64,000 bases of DNA from Patescibacteria group bacterium (GTDB lineage: Bacteria > Patescibacteriota > Gracilibacteria > BD1-5 > UBA2023), in NCBI GenBank assembly GCA_049315825.1, contig JBMOJK010000005.1:521-64520 (forward strand), given 5' to 3'. This document shows, in pieces, positions 49,524-60,049 of this stretch; position 1 is the stretch's first letter, and every line of letters starts with the position of its first letter. The notes under the pieces were generated by a model that made no database searches, was not told the origin of the DNA, and saw nothing but the letters and a program-made list of their open reading frames with translations. The translations under genes were made by a program, and so were the position numbers.

Positions 49524-50301
49524 TTTCGAAACCTTTATGTTCGAAGATGAAAACCGTCAGGATGAGTACAACCGCTAAGTACAGAAGTGCAAGACCGAAG
49601 TTAATCCCGTAGGCGCTTGCAGTGATTGCGATGGGTGTTCCTAGTGTATTTTTAGCAAAATTCAGTGCCTCAAAGTTCGGCATGATGGCTGTGAGGATTT
49701 TTCCGGTCCAGATGAGCGTGGGATCTTTGAGTCTTGCTGCCATATCGAGGATCGTACTCGCAGAATGTGCCGCAATATACACCCCCATCGTTACCAAGAT
49801 AGAGAGGAGCGGATTGGTGAAGGTTGAGAAGAAAAGGATGATCGAAAACACGAGAACAAGTTTCGCGAAAATGGCAGCAATCGCTGTGAAAATAAGTGGA
49901 TCGAAGGCAATATGCCCAAATGCAAGCACTCCACCGAGCACCACAGACTGCAATAACAACAATACAAGGATAATCGCCGAAAATCCGAGAAATTTCCCGA
50001 AAATAAAATCCCGTCTCGCAATCGGCTTACTGAGGATGAGATAGATCGTACGACCTTCCAACTCTCGAAAGAGGATCTGTCCTCCTATAAAAACCACAAC
50101 GATGAGTCCACAGATCTCGATCATCGCAAGACCGAAATCGAGCACAATTCGATCTGTTTGCCCGAGTGAGAGGGATGCAAGAACCTGTGAGAACAGGATC
50201 ATCACAAACGCGAAAAACGTAATGAGCGTGAGAATTCGATTTCGAATCAACTCACGAAATGTATTAAGTGCAATATTGAACATGCGGCGCATTATATGCA
50301 T
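49516..50301 (-). CDS. ABC-2/NosY-like transporter permease
   Basis: About 260 aa with six TM segments. No ATPase partner adjacent. Confidence 0.6.
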   Translation of the reverse strand: MHIMRRMFNIALNTFRELIRNRILTLITFFAFVMILFSQVLASLSLGQTDRIVLDFGLAMIEICGLIVVVFIGGQILFRELEGRTIYLILSKPIARRDFIFGKFLGFSAIILVLLLLQSVVLGGVLAFGHIAFDPLIFTAIAAIFAKLVLVFSIILFFSTFTNPLLSILVTMGVYIAAHSASTILDMAARLKDPTLIWTGKILTAIMPNFEALNFAKNTLGTPIAITASAYGINFGLALLYLAVVLILTVFIFEHKGFENA

Positions 50302-50402
50302 CACTCACTCACTCGCAAGAACACGATATTCATTTCTCAGTAGCCAATTAAGTATACCAATGAACCCACTCTCAGAATCCCTCCTTTTTACGAAGGCTTT
50401 CT

Positions 50403-50672
50403 TTATTTGACAAATAAAGGATTTTCATCAGAATGCCCGTGCTCTATCAACTCTTGGAGGTACATGATGAATGCAATCGCAACACATGACAGCACCAAAG
50501 ATGTAGCAACAACCGAAACATCAATAGAATGGGACGCCACTATCATTGTCACACCAATGCTGATAGTTGCAAGCATCCTGTTTACCTGGCTGATTGCTTC
50601 AACATCAGCTAACCATAATCCAATACTGCTTGCGATAATAGCTGCCCTTGGAGGCTTCTGCCTCAAAGGCAT
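50403..50672 (-). CDS. possible small membrane protein (89 aa); mutually exclusive with 50464..50778(+)
   Basis: ATG-to-TAA ORF compatible with code 25, but no Shine-Dalgarno sequence. Confidence 0.25.
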   Translation of the reverse strand: MPLRQKPPRAAIIASSIGLWLADVEAISQVNRMLATISIGVTMIVASHSIDVSVVATSLVLSCVAIAFIMYLQELIEHGHSDENPLFVK

Positions 50673-50778
50673 GTCCCAAGCACAACCATTCTGCTACGAA
50701 AAAAATCTGTACGTAGCAGGCTACACAGCCTGTGTAAGTATCGGCACATCAATAGTGCTCGCACTATTGCAACCCTGA
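50464..50778 (+). CDS. possible small membrane protein (104 aa) that would need UGA as its stop
   Basis: GGAGG 50456-50460, then ATGATG 50464. Three hydrophobic segments. Ends at TGA 50776-50778. Under code 25 the frame runs on through the fmt terminator, antisense to fmt. Confidence 0.25.
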   Translation: MMNAIATHDSTKDVATTETSIEWDATIIVTPMLIVASILFTWLIASTSANHNPILLAIIAALGGFCLKGMSQAQPFCYEKNLYVAGYTACVSIGTSIVLALLQP

Positions 50779-50801
50779 CATTCGTCAAATAAATGAATGT
50801 C

Positions 50802-50831
50802 AAAAGACAGCCCTCAGAGGCTGTCTTTTTT
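50802..50831 (-). terminator. intrinsic terminator after fmt
   Basis: aaaagacagcc-ctcaga-ggctgtctttttt, overlapping the fmt stop codon. Confidence 0.75.
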
Positions 50832-51759
50832 ATGCGAATACGATTTTTCCACCGCGCGATTTCACGAAATCAATCGCAGAAACTGGAGTCTTCCCTTCGA
50901 GTTGAATAGTCACAAAACGGAGATTTCCGTGTACAAATGGAACAATGACCGACTGATCGATGACATTCGCCTCTCCTGCAGGAAGAGCAGAACTGAGTTC
51001 CGTCGGTTCGCAGTCCAACACTTTGCAGCGCTTTCATTCGAATTCACACCAGATTCCTGGCCAAGGCATATATGCCTGCCATTTATGAAATGTCTCGATC
51101 GCAGGAGCTGTGAAATCAATCTTTCCATCTTCTTTTGAGATTTTCGAGCAGTACGTCGCAAGCGAATGATCCTGTGGCATTGGGGAAATCTCGCCACGTG
51201 CATGCGCTAAAATCGTCTCGACCAAAGTTGTTCCCGATACTTTTTCAAATGCTTCGAAAAGTGTTGCGGTTGTTTCTTTGGGCTGGATTGCTATCTCGCG
51301 AATCGCAAGCATATCTCCTTCGTCCATTCCTTCGCTCATGCACATGATCGTGACTCCGGTTTTGGATTCACCATGCAGCAGTACTGACTGGATGGGCGAA
51401 GCCCCACGGTAAGCTGGGAGAATCGATCCATGCACGTTTATGGGGAATGCCTTTGGCAGTCCAAGGATCTCATTTGGCAGGATTTTTCCATACGCAACCA
51501 CGACAAGATAGTCTACTTCGTACTTCGAAATATCTGCAAAAAAATCGTCATTTCCGCGTATTTTAGCGGGTGTGAAAACGGGGATTTGGTGATCTTCCGC
51601 AAAAATTCGCACGGGACTTTTGGTCATCTCAGCATGACGACCAACTGGTTTATCTGGCTGAGTAACCGCGTAACACACCTCAAACTCAGGGCAAGCAATA
51701 CAAGATGCTAAGACGCTGCGTGCGAGTTCTGGAGTACCGAAAAAACCGATTTTAATCAT
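50830..51759 (-). CDS. fmt: methionyl-tRNA formyltransferase
   Basis: MIKIGFFGTPE..., HGSILPAYRGASPIQ. C-terminal domain restored across TGA 51034-51036. Stop TAA 50830-50832. Confidence 0.92.
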
Positions 51760-52441
51760 TCGTCGTAAGTGTGTAGGAAATAGTTCTTCACATTCGATTG
51801 AAGGTGAGAGTTGGGCTCGTGAGCGGAAGTCCTGCTTGTGATTCTATGGATTTTTTGGAGCGAAAATTCTTGAGGATCACACTGGTGATCGAAGGGTCTC
51901 AGAAGCTCACGGTTGGACGCGTCTCAAGTGCAGAAAGCATACCCTCAGAATCATACAGTTCAAACCGGAAATTATTGAGCGCAGTCGTACCGTTGAATCC
52001 TATGAGCTCAAATCTCTCGTGTGTCCCCAGTGGAAAACTAAATCCCACCGATGCGAGTCCACCACTTCCGATAGTTGTACCCGCGATTTTCCCATCTACA
52101 ACCGTGCGGAATCCTGGCGTACCAACGAGTCCCGTCATATCAATCGATCCTGCCAACGAAGACCAATCAAATGATCCAAGCCGAAGAGGATTCGTCAGTC
52201 GATACGAATTCGTCGAAACCACAGCTCAGAGTGAACCCGATGAAAACGTGATGACATAGGAAGAAATCACATCATTTGCTACCTCACGATCGAGCGATCG
52301 GATGAGGGAATTCACGGTAGTCACCACTCGTTTATCCTTTTGTGACGCATCAAATGATTGATATCACTGATACGCCGCACCCGACATCAGTGTGATAATC
52401 GCAATTGCCACCAAGAGTTCGATGATGGTAAAACCTTTCAT
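51752..52441 (-). CDS. type IV pilin / pseudopilin
   Basis: Class III signal MKG|FTIIELLVAIAIITLM with E+5. One frame through four in-frame TGA: one each after residues ...GAAYQ and ...SSGSL, plus 51899 and 51788. Stop TAA 51752-51754 overlaps the fmt ATG. Confidence 0.8.
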
Positions 52442-52442
52442 G

Positions 52443-53579
52443 TTATTTTTTGAGTGAGAGGATCTTCGTCACAAACACAATTACGAGCACGAGCGCCACA
52501 AAGAGGATGATTTTCCCAACTTTATCCAGGAAGGCTGCCGCCATACCAAACAAAAATGCAAGCGACCATACAAATGCTCGAATCGATCCTTCTGACATAC
52601 CAATCGCAAGCAGACGATAGTGGAGATGGTGGATGCGATCGCCCTTTAGAGGATTTTTTCCAGAAAGAATACGGGCAAAGATGACATAAAATGCATCAAT
52701 GAGGTAGACTCCGAGCGCCGTAGCAACCGTCGCTACCTTCCCACCCACAAGCAGGGCAAGCGATGCGATAATAAAGCTTGCAAACATTGTTCCACTGTCG
52801 CCCAAAAGTATTCGAGGGCGCATTCCCAAAAACCATCCGATGAGCGCTGCTGGCAAACACACTGCCAAGATCGAGAATACAAAAATAGAATTCTGATGCA
52901 GCTCAGGCGTCTGATCAAGATAGTAGAATCGTACTGTAAGAATTCCGATTACAATGAACGCAATAGACGTAAGTCCTGAGGTCAGACCCGGAACTCCGTC
53001 GCTCCAGTTTACACTATTGAACACAACAACATACCATACGATGGTAAAGAGAAGTGGAACAATATAGACTTCGAGTCCGAACGCAGTGAACGAAAGCCAA
53101 TCAAGATGCACGATCCCACCGAAAATATTGGAAACATAGCTGATCTTGATACTCGTAAGTCCAACGATAAGTCCGATGAGAATCTGAAGTGCAAGGCGGA
53201 TTTTGGGAGAAACTGCAAAGGGCGTCTCTCGTGGCTTGATCATCTCACCTGTTTTGGTGGATTTATCTTTCTCGCTGTATTTGTATATCGTATCAAGATC
53301 ATCGAGGAAGCTCACAATCGTCACTATCGCACCAAGCACGAGGAGGATAGCAAGCTTTTCCGACATCCCAAGAAACGCGATGGAACAAATGAGAAAATTG
53401 AGATACAACACTACTCCAACCCCGTGTGGCACTGGCTTACGATCGTGACCGTACGGTGCTGGATTATCCAAGAGTCCCCATTTTGGGAAATAGTGCATCA
53501 CCCCCCAAAATAGTGCATACGATACCACAGAGGATGCTGCAAAAATAAGAACGAAACGGATAATAAGCTCGATTGTCAT
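52443..53579 (-). CDS. MraY/WecA-family polyprenyl-phosphate N-acetylhexosamine-1-phosphate transferase
   Basis: 378 aa, about 10 TM segments. Motifs DDLD and NSVNWSDGVPGL typical of glycosyltransferase family 4. Confidence 0.82.
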   Translation of the reverse strand: MTIELIIRFVLIFAASSVVSYALFWGVMHYFPKWGLLDNPAPYGHDRKPVPHGVGVVLYLNFLICSIAFLGMSEKLAILLVLGAIVTIVSFLDDLDTIYKYSEKDKSTKTGEMIKPRETPFAVSPKIRLALQILIGLIVGLTSIKISYVSNIFGGIVHLDWLSFTAFGLEVYIVPLLFTIVWYVVVFNSVNWSDGVPGLTSGLTSIAFIVIGILTVRFYYLDQTPELHQNSIFVFSILAVCLPAALIGWFLGMRPRILLGDSGTMFASFIIASLALLVGGKVATVATALGVYLIDAFYVIFARILSGKNPLKGDRIHHLHYRLLAIGMSEGSIRAFVWSLAFLFGMAAAFLDKVGKIILFVALVLVIVFVTKILSLKK

Positions 53580-53583
53580 ACGA

Positions 53584-54351
53584 CTAGCGTTTAGATTTTA
53601 GTTCGATTTCGGCATTTTTCTCACGAATGTATGCTCGAAATTCGGCCTGTTTAAAGAAGTATATGTATACCACCCCTCCTGCCAAGAGCCCGAGGAAAAC
53701 ATATCCTATAGAGTCCAAGATCACCTTGAGATACGTCGTGAAAAATATCCCGAGCACCATCATCGTACAAGCCCACAAAACCGAACCAAGTAGATTATAC
53801 GGCCAAAAACTCTTCGCCTGCATCCCCATAGCACCAGCGATAAATGGCACAAATGAGCGCGTAAGATTATGGAATTTTCCTATCACTACGAACCAGGGTC
53901 CGTTTTTACGAATTTGTTTCTCGAGGATTTTCTGCTCTGTGAGACCGATCCCAAAAACATCCCCGTGTCGTTCTAGAAATCCAAGTCCATAATGAACCCC
54001 GAGGATGTAACCAATCCAGTTTCCCAGCATTGCCCCCAGTGATGAAAGGATCAATACTCAGATCAGGTGATCATATCCAAAAAATCCTCCAACCAGCAAC
54101 ATAACCTGCTGACCCGGCACAAGCACTCCGATAACAGGGAATGATTCGATACAGCTCGAAAGAAATACAACGAGGTAGTTCCAGTTTCCGATGAGCTTAA
54201 TCTGATCACCCACGAAGAGAATCGCTTTCTCGACAAGATCAGGCCGGAAAATCGCGACGATGAACAACCCCAACATGAGGCCAGTAAAAAACACATTGAG
54301 TGCTTTTGTGATCCAGGAAGAAAATGTACCTTTTTGCATGCCCTTGAGCAT
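53584..54351 (-). CDS. DedA-family membrane protein
   Basis: ORFs 54058..54351 and 53584..54054 join across TGA 54058-54060. SNARE-associated/DedA pattern ...ESFPVIGVLVPGQ..., KFHNLTRSFVPFIAG. Confidence 0.82.
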
Positions 54352-54374
54352 AGACGAAAGCTTTCAAAAGCCAA

Positions 54375-54396
54375 GAAAAAACGCCCAGACGGGCGT
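54375..54396 (-). terminator. intrinsic terminator after the 404-aa gene
   Basis: A-run followed by acgccc-agac-gggcgt. Confidence 0.55.
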
Positions 54397-54401
54397 GAAT
54401 T

Positions 54402-55616
54402 CTAGTGAACTCTTCGAACATTCGGAGTACGGATCTGATCAACCGGAGTGAGATTTGGTTGAGGATTTGATGAATTCACTGCTCCGGTCTGAGCGGTTGT
54501 ACCTGTTGCAGTTAAAACAGGATTGATTGTGCCCGTGCTTGAAACAGGGGTCACAGTCGAGCCTGTATTTTCCTGACTTCCTGATGCAGTCTCAATAACC
54601 TGAGGTGCAGGCGATGTAACCACGGTGTGTTTTATAGGAGCAGGAATAACAGTCTGGCTAGCCTCCGGAGCGCTTACTTTTGTATCTCCAAGGAACTGAG
54701 CACCAAAGATAAATCCAAATACAGAAAGTCCAACGATCGATCCAAATATCGCCGCAAGACGCATCTGTTTCTTGTTCTTGATGAGCGTTGTTAGGCCACC
54801 AAGGCGCTTTGCAGAAAGATCCTTGGCAACTTCTTCAACATACGCGGGATCATTGGCAGCTCGTACTTCCGTTGATTCTATCGCCTCAGAAACTACAGTT
54901 GCCTGGATCGTATTTGTTTCCTCGACTACCTGGATTGCGGCATGTGATCGTGTCGAATCCACTACGGACTCAGGCATGATTTCTACCGCCTTAAATTCAT
55001 TCTGAACGACTGGATCCACTGCAATTACTTCTTCGATGATTGGCTCAGGAAGCACTTCCGGAGTCTCCATCATGATCGGAGCTACTCCCTCCTCAGCTAC
55101 GATTTCTTCTTTCTTGAAACTCTCAAGACCCGCATCATCGAAGTCTTTGAAGAAGTTCTCCGTATCAGCAATATTGAGGTTTGGGAAAAATTCTTTGGAT
55201 ACTTTTGACTGAGTCTTTAATTCAATCTTTGGACTTGGGGCTTCTAAAGGAGTGGTCTCTTCTGTTGTTACAGTCTTAGAAGCAACTGTTTCTGGAGCTG
55301 GAGTTGAAACTGGATTTACGGTCTCTGGGACACTTGAAGCCACCGGAGTTACTGGAATCACTGGAGCAACCGGCACAATGGATTCGGTAGCGATTGGAGC
55401 CTGTGCAACCACCTCCGGAATAGAAGTGGCTGAGGTTTTTTTGGACTCGGGTTCTTTTTTGAAGCTCGCAAGAGAAATTCGAGTTTTACTTACCGGCTCT
55501 GTCTTCTGTGCAGGAGCAGCAACAATAGGCTGAGCAACGGGAGTAGGGATTGCAGCCTCGCGAGCAAGATCGTCGGTCTTCTGCTTTTTGAGCGAAGACA
55601 TATTGAGTTTTGTCAT
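54402..55616 (-). CDS. hypothetical single-pass membrane protein, Pro/Thr/Val/Glu-rich low complexity (404 aa)
   Basis: Long ORF with one TM segment (LAAIFGSIVGLSVFGFIFGAQFL). No domain recognised. No TGA. Confidence 0.55.
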   Translation of the reverse strand: MTKLNMSSLKKQKTDDLAREAAIPTPVAQPIVAAPAQKTEPVSKTRISLASFKKEPESKKTSATSIPEVVAQAPIATESIVPVAPVIPVTPVASSVPETVNPVSTPAPETVASKTVTTEETTPLEAPSPKIELKTQSKVSKEFFPNLNIADTENFFKDFDDAGLESFKKEEIVAEEGVAPIMMETPEVLPEPIIEEVIAVDPVVQNEFKAVEIMPESVVDSTRSHAAIQVVEETNTIQATVVSEAIESTEVRAANDPAYVEEVAKDLSAKRLGGLTTLIKNKKQMRLAAIFGSIVGLSVFGFIFGAQFLGDTKVSAPEASQTVIPAPIKHTVVTSPAPQVIETASGSQENTGSTVTPVSSTGTINPVLTATGTTAQTGAVNSSNPQPNLTPVDQIRTPNVRRVH

Positions 55617-55857
55617 AGTTTTTGTGATTTCTTAGCCACTTTACGATAAAAATTTTCGAGTGTCAAAAAAGCAAGTTAAGAAATAACATTTTGGCTTTAC
55701 AAAGAGAAATTATCGGTACAATAGGCCACATAAATCGCGAGGCCGTAGGACGATGCAAAAATAGCTTTGAAAAAAGCCTTCATGAACTCCCTTAAAGAGT
55801 TCATTTCTGCGTCTATGGCTAGAGACGATTTCAATCCGAATACCCTTTTTCATTTCT

Positions 55858-57657
55858 ATGATTTACCGCAATATTGCGATTATCGCCCACGTTGACCACG
55901 GAAAGACTACCCTCGTTGACGCCCTTCTCAAACAGTCAGGAGTTTTCCGCGACAACGAAGCTGTCGACATTTGTGTCATGGACTCAAACGACCAGGAAAA
56001 AGAGCGTGGTATCACCATCTACGCCAAGAATACTGCCGTGTTCTACAAGGACGTTAAGATCAACATCGTTGATACTCCAGGTCACGCGGACTTCGGTTCT
56101 GAAGTAGAGCGCGTTCTTCGAATGGTTGACTCCGTTTGTCTCGTCGTTGACGCCTACGAAGGACCAATGCCACAGACAAAGTTCGTTCTCAAGAAGGCAC
56201 TTTCACTCGGACTTCGCCCGATCGTTATCATCAACAAGATCGACAAGCCAACTGCTCGTCCAGATGAAGTAGTTGATATGCTTTTTGATCTCTTTGTTCA
56301 GCTCGGTGCAACCGATGAGCAGCTCGACTTCCCAATCGTTTACGCAATTGCTCGTGAAGGAGTTGCGGTTCGTAACTTGAACGATGAGCGCAAAGATATT
56401 AGCCCCATCTTCGAAACCATTCTCGAACACGTTGCCGCAGCACCAAACGATCTCGAGAAGCCGTTCCGTATGCAGATCGCAAACCTTGCATACGACAACT
56501 ACCTCGGTCGTCTCGGTATCGGACGTGTCTATGAAGGAGTCGTAAAGGCTGGTCAGTCAGTTACAATCCTCGGAAACGATGGAGTAAAGCGAACTGGAAA
56601 GATTGCAAAGTGTTTCACTTCTCTCGGTCTCAAGCGTAATGAAGTAGACGTTGCAGAAGCAGGTGATATCGTAACTATTGCCGGTATCGCTGACATCTAT
56701 GTTGGAGAAACGGTTTCAAGTGTTGCAGATTTCGAGGCTATGCCAGCGATCACTATCGACGAACCAACCCTCAAGATGGAATTCCGTGTAAACGATTCTC
56801 CGTTTGCTGGTAAGGAAGGAAAGTATGTAACTTCACGAAACATCCGTGAACGTCTTGAAAAGGAACTTGAGATGAACGTAGGTCTCAAGGTGGACTTCGA
56901 CGGTTCTGATGGAAATGGATACAATGTATCTGGACGTGGAGAACTCCACCTCTCAGTACTCATCGAGTCGATGCGACGTGAAGGCTTTGAACTCTCAGTC
57001 GGAGCTCCACAGGTAATCTTCCACGAAATCGACGGAAAGAAGCAGGAGCCAATCGAACAGGTTACAGTATTCGTACCAGAAGCTGACTCAGGATCTATCA
57101 TCGAAGCCCTCGGAAAACGAAAGGGTCTCATCAAGAATATGGATACTCAGAACGGGATTACCAATCTCGAATTCGAAGTTCCAACTCGAGGACTGCTTGG
57201 ATTCCGATCACAGTTCGTTACTCAAACAAAGGGTGAAGGTATCATGTACTCTGCATTCTCACACTACGAAGATTACAAGGGACCGATCGAAAAGCGTGAA
57301 GTAGGATCAATGATCTCTGGATTCCCAGGTACAGCAATGGCCTACTCGCTCTGGAAGCTCGAAGAACGAGGACCTATCTTCATCGATCCACAGACTGAAG
57401 TCTACGAAGGAATGGTTATCGGAGAGCACCTCAAGGGTGGAGATCTCGTTGTTAACCCAACAAAGAACAAGCAGCTCACGAATATGCGAGCCTCTGGAAC
57501 AGACGAAGCAGTTCGCCTCACTCCACCACGCAAGTTCTCACTCGAAGAAGCTCTCGACTACATCTCAACTGATGAATATGTAGAAGTTACTCCTGAAAAT
57601 ATCCGAATCCGCAAGAAGGGTTTGACTGAAGGAGAACGTAAGAAGGGTGGGAAGTAA
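55858..57657 (+). CDS. typA: translational GTPase TypA/BipA
   Basis: 599 aa. G motifs AHVDHGKTT, DTPGH, NKID. EF-G-like domain order. No TGA. Confidence 0.95.
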   Translation: MIYRNIAIIAHVDHGKTTLVDALLKQSGVFRDNEAVDICVMDSNDQEKERGITIYAKNTAVFYKDVKINIVDTPGHADFGSEVERVLRMVDSVCLVVDAYEGPMPQTKFVLKKALSLGLRPIVIINKIDKPTARPDEVVDMLFDLFVQLGATDEQLDFPIVYAIAREGVAVRNLNDERKDISPIFETILEHVAAAPNDLEKPFRMQIANLAYDNYLGRLGIGRVYEGVVKAGQSVTILGNDGVKRTGKIAKCFTSLGLKRNEVDVAEAGDIVTIAGIADIYVGETVSSVADFEAMPAITIDEPTLKMEFRVNDSPFAGKEGKYVTSRNIRERLEKELEMNVGLKVDFDGSDGNGYNVSGRGELHLSVLIESMRREGFELSVGAPQVIFHEIDGKKQEPIEQVTVFVPEADSGSIIEALGKRKGLIKNMDTQNGITNLEFEVPTRGLLGFRSQFVTQTKGEGIMYSAFSHYEDYKGPIEKREVGSMISGFPGTAMAYSLWKLEERGPIFIDPQTEVYEGMVIGEHLKGGDLVVNPTKNKQLTNMRASGTDEAVRLTPPRKFSLEEALDYISTDEYVEVTPENIRIRKKGLTEGERKKGGK

Positions 57658-57668
57658 TTCCTCAGAAT

Positions 57669-57699
57669 AAAAAATCTCTCCGAATCGGAGAGATTTTTT
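57669..57699. terminator. bidirectional intrinsic terminator
   Basis: aaaaaatctctccg-aat-cggagagatttttt. Confidence 0.8.
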
Positions 57700-57718
57700 A
57701 TTCACTCGAGGATAACCC

Positions 57719-58219
57719 CTATACCACCCCTTCTGGCAAGCTCTCAAGCCCTACTCGCTTCTCTTCGGAAAGTGCAAGGAGCCAGTTAATCGCACGACAA
57801 ACTCTCTCAACATTTGGAACGTATTCTGCAGCGATTTGCTCTTTTTCGTCACCGCCCGCTCTGAGGTAGAGGGTTCCTGAATTCGTGAGCGTATGAATAA
57901 GATGCTCTTTACGAAAGGCACAGTTTTTGATCTGGCGATAGTGAAGTCCAGCCTCAAATCCGCTCGTGAATCCCTTCATAACACTCAAATAAACCCGAAG
58001 ATTCGTAACTTCAAGAGTCGACCTTACAAAACGATTCCACTCAAGATAGACTCCGAGAGCAAGAACAGCTAAAAATCCAAGTACCCCCGCCCAGATGGCA
58101 TAATCTGCAAAGAGGAGTGCAAAAAATCCTGCTAGGATACCGAAACCGATCCATCTCGGCATCCGGAAAAAGAGCTTCATCTTATGTTGTCGTACCGAGA
58201 GGAGAGAGTGTTCTTGCAT
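57719..58219 (-). CDS. membrane protein with bacterial PH-like (YdbS/DUF304-like) domain
   Basis: Two TM helices followed by a domain of about 90 aa. Weak recognition only. Confidence 0.4.
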   Translation of the reverse strand: MQEHSLLSVRQHKMKLFFRMPRWIGFGILAGFFALLFADYAIWAGVLGFLAVLALGVYLEWNRFVRSTLEVTNLRVYLSVMKGFTSGFEAGLHYRQIKNCAFRKEHLIHTLTNSGTLYLRAGGDEKEQIAAEYVPNVERVCRAINWLLALSEEKRVGLESLPEGVV

Positions 58220-58373
58220 AGAAAAATAGAAACTTAAATCATTCTATGAATCCACATATTTTTACGAAACAGAAATAGATAAATACCTCTCTATGATCAA
58301 TACTTTTGACTTTATATCATTCTCCTATACACTTCTCGCAATATTTTTTAGTCTCTAAAGGAGATAGAAACCC

Positions 58374-58577
58374 ATGATTGTTTACGCGATTAAAAACTCA
58401 ACAGAGTCAAACGAGAAGCTCATCCTCCGATACAAGAAGATGTTCTTCCAGACACGCACCAACAACAAGCTTAAAGCTTCCGCTCAACACCAGCGTAAGG
58501 TTTCGGTGCGAAAGCTCCGAGAAAAGGCGATTGTTCGCGAATTCTACCGCGCAGCGGCGAAGAATAACATGGCATAA
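58374..58577 (+). CDS. rpsU: 30S ribosomal protein S21
   Basis: 67 aa, basic. AAGGAG Shine-Dalgarno. ...EKLILRYKKMF...RKLREKAIVRE pattern. Confidence 0.75.
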   Translation: MIVYAIKNSTESNEKLILRYKKMFFQTRTNNKLKASAQHQRKVSVRKLREKAIVREFYRAAAKNNMA

Positions 58578-58599
58578 TTAATTTAAGCCATAAAATCCC

Positions 58600-58631
58600 A
58601 AAAAAGCGAGTCTGAAAAGACTCGCTTTTTT
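58600..58631 (+). terminator. intrinsic terminator after rpsU
   Basis: aaaaaagcgagtc-tgaaaa-gactcgctttttt. Confidence 0.8.
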
Positions 58632-58646
58632 GACCCGCCTGAAAAC

Positions 58647-59750
58647 ATGAGGTACTCTATTTTCAGACAAAACCAAAACCAATTTATGACATCACTCGAA
58701 ACTGGGACAAATCATCCCCTTTCTCCGCTCGATGCCCTTGCTCAGATCGAACAAGAGACACAAACTGCGCTTGATCCGCTCGCTATAGTAGATCACTCCG
58801 CACCAACATCAACTCAAACTGATGCCATTATTGCTGCGACGGCTATCGGGGTTTCTGTAGCACTCGATCCACTGAGTGCAGTTGGATCATCAATCACTCT
58901 TTCGGCTCCAGCGATCGTGAAGCAAGCAAAGAATCTCAAGAAGAATATTCTTGAGAAGCTCAAATTTCTTGTGCACTATGTTGCAGTTTCTTCTGTTGTT
59001 TTTGCTATTTTGCTCGTAAGTACGAACTGGAGTGCATACTACACAATCGCGATGAATACGATCAATCCAGGTGCACTCAAGGCATCAGGTCTTGAGATGA
59101 CAGAAAGTCTTTCGAAATCAAAGATCACAGTATTTGCGAGTGGGGACGGTGAGTCAGCAAACACAAACACGAAGAAAGAACAGGCACAGGACATCAAGAA
59201 GCAGCTCGAGGCTGACAATGTTACAATTCAGGAAGATCCATTCTCGATGAAGCATCTCCTCCCTTCTGAACCAAATATCAAGGTAGGATTCGAGATTACT
59301 CCGTACGAAAACCGCCTCATCATCCCAAAGATCGGGAAAAATATCCCACTCGTGGATATTATGCCGAGCGCAAACTTCGACTTCGATCACATGGAAAATA
59401 TTTTCATGCAGGAACTTGAGAAGGGTGTGGTACGATATCCTGGAAGTGCCCTTCCAGGAGAACAGGGAAATTCATTCATCTTCGGACACTCATCGAACTA
59501 TCCTTGGATGAAGGGAAACTATAACGATATCTTCGCTCTCCTCGACGACCTCGAATACGGTGATGAGATCATCGTTTACTACAACCAGAAGAAATTCGTC
59601 TACGTAATTCGTGAGAAGAAAGTGGTCACTCCCGGTGATGTAAAGGCACTTAACCGTGATCCAAATGCACATGAGCTCTCACTCATGACATGTTGGCCAG
59701 TAGGAACAACTCTGAAACGAATGCTCGTATTTGCAGAACTTCAAAAATAA
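58647..59750 (+). CDS. sortase-family transpeptidase with long N-terminal extension and TM anchor
   Basis: Catalytic His in NSFIFGHSS, Cys in LSLMTCWP, Arg in TLKRMLV. TM segment VHYVAVSSVVFAILLV. Confidence 0.85.
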   Translation: MRYSIFRQNQNQFMTSLETGTNHPLSPLDALAQIEQETQTALDPLAIVDHSAPTSTQTDAIIAATAIGVSVALDPLSAVGSSITLSAPAIVKQAKNLKKNILEKLKFLVHYVAVSSVVFAILLVSTNWSAYYTIAMNTINPGALKASGLEMTESLSKSKITVFASGDGESANTNTKKEQAQDIKKQLEADNVTIQEDPFSMKHLLPSEPNIKVGFEITPYENRLIIPKIGKNIPLVDIMPSANFDFDHMENIFMQELEKGVVRYPGSALPGEQGNSFIFGHSSNYPWMKGNYNDIFALLDDLEYGDEIIVYYNQKKFVYVIREKKVVTPGDVKALNRDPNAHELSLMTCWPVGTTLKRMLVFAELQK

Positions 59751-59758
59751 TCTCGACT

Positions 59759-60049
59759 ATGATGCTTCTCGAAACACCATACGCACTGCAGGCAGCTGCA
59801 CTCCAGCATCCATTCACGCCAGATGAATACATCATCGCAGGTGGAGTATTGGGAGTGGCAATCACCATCTATCTTCTTCTACCGATGGTCAGCCAGGCGC
59901 TCGACAGCATGAATATGCGTCAAAAAAAGCGCGAGAAGAAACAAGCGCTGAGCGAACTCATCATCATGAAGGATATTCAGACTGAGATCGATGAAGAAAT
60001 GAAGCAAGCTATGATACGCAGTGCACTTCGAGAAAAAGGAAGTGTCTAA
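59759..60049 (+). CDS. small membrane protein (96 aa)
   Basis: ATG 59759. One TM segment (IIAGGVLGVAITIYLLLPMV) and a charged helical tail. Follows the sortase gene by 8 nt. Confidence 0.45.
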   Translation: MMLLETPYALQAAALQHPFTPDEYIIAGGVLGVAITIYLLLPMVSQALDSMNMRQKKREKKQALSELIIMKDIQTEIDEEMKQAMIRSALREKGSV

